Assembly: GCA_963845145.1 (NCBI GenBank)
Contig: CAWJQU010000017.1
Coordinates: forward strand, 1 to 64,000
Origin: an uncultured delta proteobacterium
GTDB lineage: Bacteria > Desulfobacterota > Desulfobacteria > Desulfobacterales > QNYZ01
Length of the DNA stretch: 64,000 bases
Direction of reading: 5' to 3'
Shown here: in pieces, positions 60,726-64,000 of the stretch
Layout: the number at the start of each line of letters is the position of its first letter
How positions within the stretch are numbered: position 1 is the stretch's first letter
Translations under genes and position numbers: made by a program
Notes under the pieces: model-generated
The model's database searches: none
What the model saw: the letters and a program-made list of their open reading frames with translations, nothing else
Told to the model about the DNA's origin: nothing

Positions 60726-61880
60726 TTATGTTTCCTGAAGTACTTCTCTGGCAATGACCATTCGATGTACTTCACTGGTCCCTTCGTAAATACGTGTTAC
60801 CCTTGCATCGCGGTAAAAGCGCTCAACAGCGTAGGATTTGGAATACCCATAGCCCCCGTGTATCTGCACAGCCAGATCAGCCACCTTGCATGCGGCCTCG
60901 GCGGCAAATAGCTTGGCTTGGGCAGCCGCTTTGCTCACCGGCGCATTTTGATCCTTTAGCCAGGCGGCGCGATACACCATCATGCGGGCTGCATCCACCT
61001 GGGTCGCCATATCCGCAATCATCATCTGTATCGCCTGGTGTCGCGCAATGGGGACGGAGAACTGCTGCCGTTGTTTGGCATATTGCAGGGCCTCTTCCAA
61101 AGCGCCCTGGGCAATACCCACGGCTTGGGCCCCAATGCCGATACGTCCCGTATCCAAAGCGGCCAGGCCGATGCCCAAGCCCTGGCCGGCCCGTCCCAGC
61201 AGATTGTCGGCAGGCAGGCGGCAATCATAAAGCCGGATGGAGGTGACCGGGTTGGCGCGCATACCGCATAAGTCTTCTAAGTCGCCCACAACAAACCCAG
61301 GCGTGCCCCGTTCGGCAACCACGACACTGATGCCGCGACTGCCGGCCTCAGGGTCTGTGCGGGCAAATATCAAGCAGATGTCAGCAATACCGCCATTGGT
61401 AACAAAGACTTTATTGGCGTTGACCAGCCATGCATCCCCATCTGCCAGGGCGGTGGCTGTAATGCTGGCGGCATCGGAACCGGCATTGGGCTCGGTCAGG
61501 CAGAATGCTCCGATTTTTTCCCCTTTGGCCAGGGGCGCGGCCCAGCGTTGCTGTTGCTCAGGTGTCCCGAAAGCCAGGATGGGGTAAAGTGCGACGCTGT
61601 TGTGTACGCTGATGCAAAGCCCCATGGCCGCACAGACTCGTGAAACCTCTTCAATGGTGATGGCATAGCTGATGGCGTCAAGCCCGGCACCGCCTAAATC
61701 TTGCGGGGCCTGAATGCCGAAATAGCCCAAGCCGGCCATTTTTTCAGCCACCTCCCATGGAAATCGTGCCTCCTTGTCTATCTCGGATGCAATGGGTCGT
61801 AGCTCCAGTTCGCAGAATGCACGCACACTGCGACGGAGAACATCATGTTTGTCGGTAATAAAAGGTTCTGCCATCGTCAT
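60726..61880 (-). CDS. Acyl-CoA dehydrogenase
   Basis: FCLTEPNAGSD, K.FVTNG, GRIGI.AQ, QIHGGYGY, IYEGTSE. Confidence 0.96.
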   Translation of the reverse strand: MTMAEPFITDKHDVLRRSVRAFCELELRPIASEIDKEARFPWEVAEKMAGLGYFGIQAPQDLGGAGLDAISYAITIEEVSRVCAAMGLCISVHNSVALYPILAFGTPEQQQRWAAPLAKGEKIGAFCLTEPNAGSDAASITATALADGDAWLVNANKVFVTNGGIADICLIFARTDPEAGSRGISVVVAERGTPGFVVGDLEDLCGMRANPVTSIRLYDCRLPADNLLGRAGQGLGIGLAALDTGRIGIGAQAVGIAQGALEEALQYAKQRQQFSVPIARHQAIQMMIADMATQVDAARMMVYRAAWLKDQNAPVSKAAAQAKLFAAEAACKVADLAVQIHGGYGYSKSYAVERFYRDARVTRIYEGTSEVHRMVIAREVLQET

Positions 61881-62027
61881 TTGCCTCAACCCGATCTTAG
61901 AGCGGCCCCACTTTTTTTTGGGTGACCATACCTCTACAGGCACCCAATGTAAATGGTCGTTTTGCTTGTTGCAAGCACAAGTATATGATATTATTATGCG
62001 TCTAAACCAAATATGGAGGTAGCACCA

Positions 62028-62399
62028 GTGAAGTTATTTTTGTATATCATCAGTCTGTTGTGGATCGCGGCCGGTGCCGGTTACATTCTCTATACCCAAC
62101 AGCTCCGGGAGGTGGCCGGCAACCTGATCAAGGGTGCCAATGAGAAACTCATCGCCGGTTTGGCGGTTCTATTTGGGGTTGTGTTTATATTCGGTGCATC
62201 CCATACCCGTCATAGCGGATTTATTGTTTTTTTAGGAATGATCGCACTCGCCAAAGGCGTGTTTATCTTTTTTGACCCCAAAGGGTACTGGCAAAAAATC
62301 AAAACCTGGTATATCGACGAAGCCTCGGACCAAACCTTTCGGCTGTTTGGGATTATTGCCTTAATATTGGGGACGGCTTTATTCTCGTGGATTTCCTAG
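62028..62399 (+). CDS. Small four-helix membrane protein of unknown function
   Basis: GGAGG RBS + GTG start; four hydrophobic segments. Confidence 0.75.
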   Translation: MKLFLYIISLLWIAAGAGYILYTQQLREVAGNLIKGANEKLIAGLAVLFGVVFIFGASHTRHSGFIVFLGMIALAKGVFIFFDPKGYWQKIKTWYIDEASDQTFRLFGIIALILGTALFSWIS

Positions 62400-63233
62400 G
62401 TCTCTTTTTTGAACTGAATTCCGTCCGGCATTATTTCGATCTTACCCGTTTTGTATAATCGGCCAATGGCCCGCTTGAATTCTTTTTTGCTCAAGGAAAA
62501 GGTTTTTTTAATCAGGGGGGGAGGGCTTTTGTCATGACAGGGGATGAAGCCGCCGGCACTTTTTAAAACGGTCAAGATCTTTTGGCCGGAGTCACCCATG
62601 GACCGATAGCCGGGTTGTTTGAGGGCAAGATCGATTTTACCATCATCACGAATCTGATTGATATAAGCGGTCCGGCGATCACCCACATCCAGTTGCTCAA
62701 AGGTCTGATTTTTATAGAGCATCGCCGAGTACATGTCGTCTACTACGGCGAGGTATCCGACTTTGGTGCTTTTGTAGATTAGCACGTCCACTTGTTGACC
62801 CACCTTGAGGTCAACGGGTGCCGTGGTGCAGCTGGAGGTTATTTTTGTGGTACCATAAACGCGATTCGTCCGCTGATCCAGGCACACCTTGACGACGTAA
62901 TTCTTCCCTATTTGCATGCCGGGTTGTTGCTCCCTTTTCGGCACTAGCAGATCCTTTTCCAATCCCCAGTCCATGAATGCGCCGAAGGAGGCCCGGTCTT
63001 TCATCTCCAGAAATGCGCACTGGCCCGACCACTGCTTTGGGCGTTTTGGTCGTGGCTACCGGCCGGTCTTCAGAGTCGGTATAGACAAACACCCGCAGCA
63101 TATCTCCGGGTTGGGTTAGGTCGGGCGCATATTTAAGAGGCAGCAGGACTTCATCCGGTTTGGGATTCAGGTAAAATCCGAAATCAACCTGTCGTTCGAC
63201 CATAAGCACGTTATACGATCCGATGTTTAGCAT
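62396..63233 (-). CDS. cvfB: CvfB-family S1 RNA-binding protein, frameshifted at 63024-63026 (probable error)
   Basis: VFVYTDSEDRPVATT in one frame; GAFMDWGLEKDLLVP and HDKS.P..I...F.LSKKEFKRAIG.LYK in the other. Removing one G joins them. Confidence 0.88.
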
Positions 63234-63505
63234 GATGGCTTTCTTGTTTGTTATTTCCGAAAGGGTCTCTATCTTTTACTGAAACTGTATCGTATTGTCT
63301 ATTGCTAATGCCGATCTATTGAATCAAATGTATGGCAAATTCGTAGATCACCCAATGTCGTTATGGATGCTTGCCGGAGAGACGTAACAATTTTAAAACA
63401 CTTGACCGGGCGGTTCCTTTCCTTATGTTAGTGCCATTGTAAGGGTAACCGGTGATTCTAAGTGATTGACTTGAATATTTGGACATTTCGAAAAGGGGTA
63501 TCAAT

Positions 63506-63853
63506 ATGCGGTATCGAATAATCGTTTTTGGCGTGCTTATGACCTTTATCGTTCTGATCTCTAGTTGCACCCAAGAGACGCAGAATCAACTGGGCCGTTC
63601 CATTCAGAACTGGACCGGTACAAATGGGATTTTGGAGATTTATGCCGGGGACAAACTGGTTCGGCGATTTGTAAAAGTCGACAAACTATCCACGGCCTAT
63701 GGTACTTCGGACAGCAGTCCCCGGCCCTACCGTTATGGATATGGTTACGCCGATGTGAATCTGAACATGGTCAAGGATGCCGGGGAGAAGAAGGTCTATT
63801 TTGAATTTAGCGATTACTCCACCAGTTATATCTTTTTTGAGGATCCGAGTTAG
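63506..63853 (+). CDS. Hypothetical lipoprotein
   Basis: Signal peptide with lipobox-like LISSC. Confidence 0.75.
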   Translation: MRYRIIVFGVLMTFIVLISSCTQETQNQLGRSIQNWTGTNGILEIYAGDKLVRRFVKVDKLSTAYGTSDSSPRPYRYGYGYADVNLNMVKDAGEKKVYFEFSDYSTSYIFFEDPS

Positions 63854-63867
63854 CCGGTTATTCGGTT

Positions 63868-63999
63868 CTAAAACTCAAATCGCACAATGGCGCCCAGAGT
63901 GATGGTGTCGGTATCGATATCCCCTTTAATTTTATCAAAATCCCACTGTTCGAAACGATAGTTGGCATGAAGGTCGAGAAAGATTGAGGGCAGAACCTC
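63868..63999 (-). CDS. C-terminus of a probable outer-membrane beta-barrel protein (partial)
   Basis: EVLPSIFLDLHANYRF...TITLGAIVRFEF*: alternating hydrophobic pattern and terminal Phe. Confidence 0.6.
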   Translation of the reverse strand, partial: EVLPSIFLDLHANYRFEQWDFDKIKGDIDTDTITLGAIVRFEF

Positions 64000-64000
64000 A

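Noticed and set aside
1..64000. CRISPR array, rRNA or tRNA genes
   Set aside because: No regularly spaced repeat-spacer series or recognisable structural RNA gene found by eye; a tRNAscan/cmscan run would be needed to exclude them fully.
1..64000. Numerous antisense and alternate-frame ORFs in the ORF track
   Set aside because: They overlap well-supported genes or intron RNA, lack motifs, and are expected shadows of GC-rich codon usage.

Overview
A bacterial chromosomal window; gene content and order suggest Desulfobacterota (Desulfobacterales-like), which is an inference. Most of it is housekeeping or metabolic: mrpB-G, uspE, an SLC13/TrkA-C transporter, DAHP synthase, nudC, a PilS/PilR-like pair, a PilB/GspE ATPase, stand-alone fusA, recJ, miaB, rho-rpmE-prfA-prmC, rpsB-tsf-pyrH-frr-uppS-cdsA-dxr-rseP, purL/purQ, a Cache/PAS/GAF kinase with its regulator, rubrerythrin, and acyl-CoA dehydrogenase-etfB-etfA. 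The main interest is a four-layer nested mobile locus at about 7.84-14.3 kb that can be reconstructed base by base. (1) A solitary low-GC integron-type cassette encodes a putative PUA/EVE-like + PD-(D/E)xK nuclease and has a non-canonical GAT/ATC core instead of GTT/AAC. (2) An ORF-less group II intron sits in the R' box of its attC. (3) A 2.6 kb tyrosine-recombinase + IS91-like HUH element is inserted just after that intron's branch-point A, displacing the intron's last bases 4.4 kb away. (4) A second, RT-encoding group II intron sits in the terminal inverted repeat of that element. The element's recombinase is also broken by two separate short CCGCC-N3-GG(C/A)GG hairpin replacements. Several single-base homopolymer frameshifts elsewhere are probably sequencing or assembly errors. 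All assignments come from reading the sequence and recognising motifs; no database search was run.
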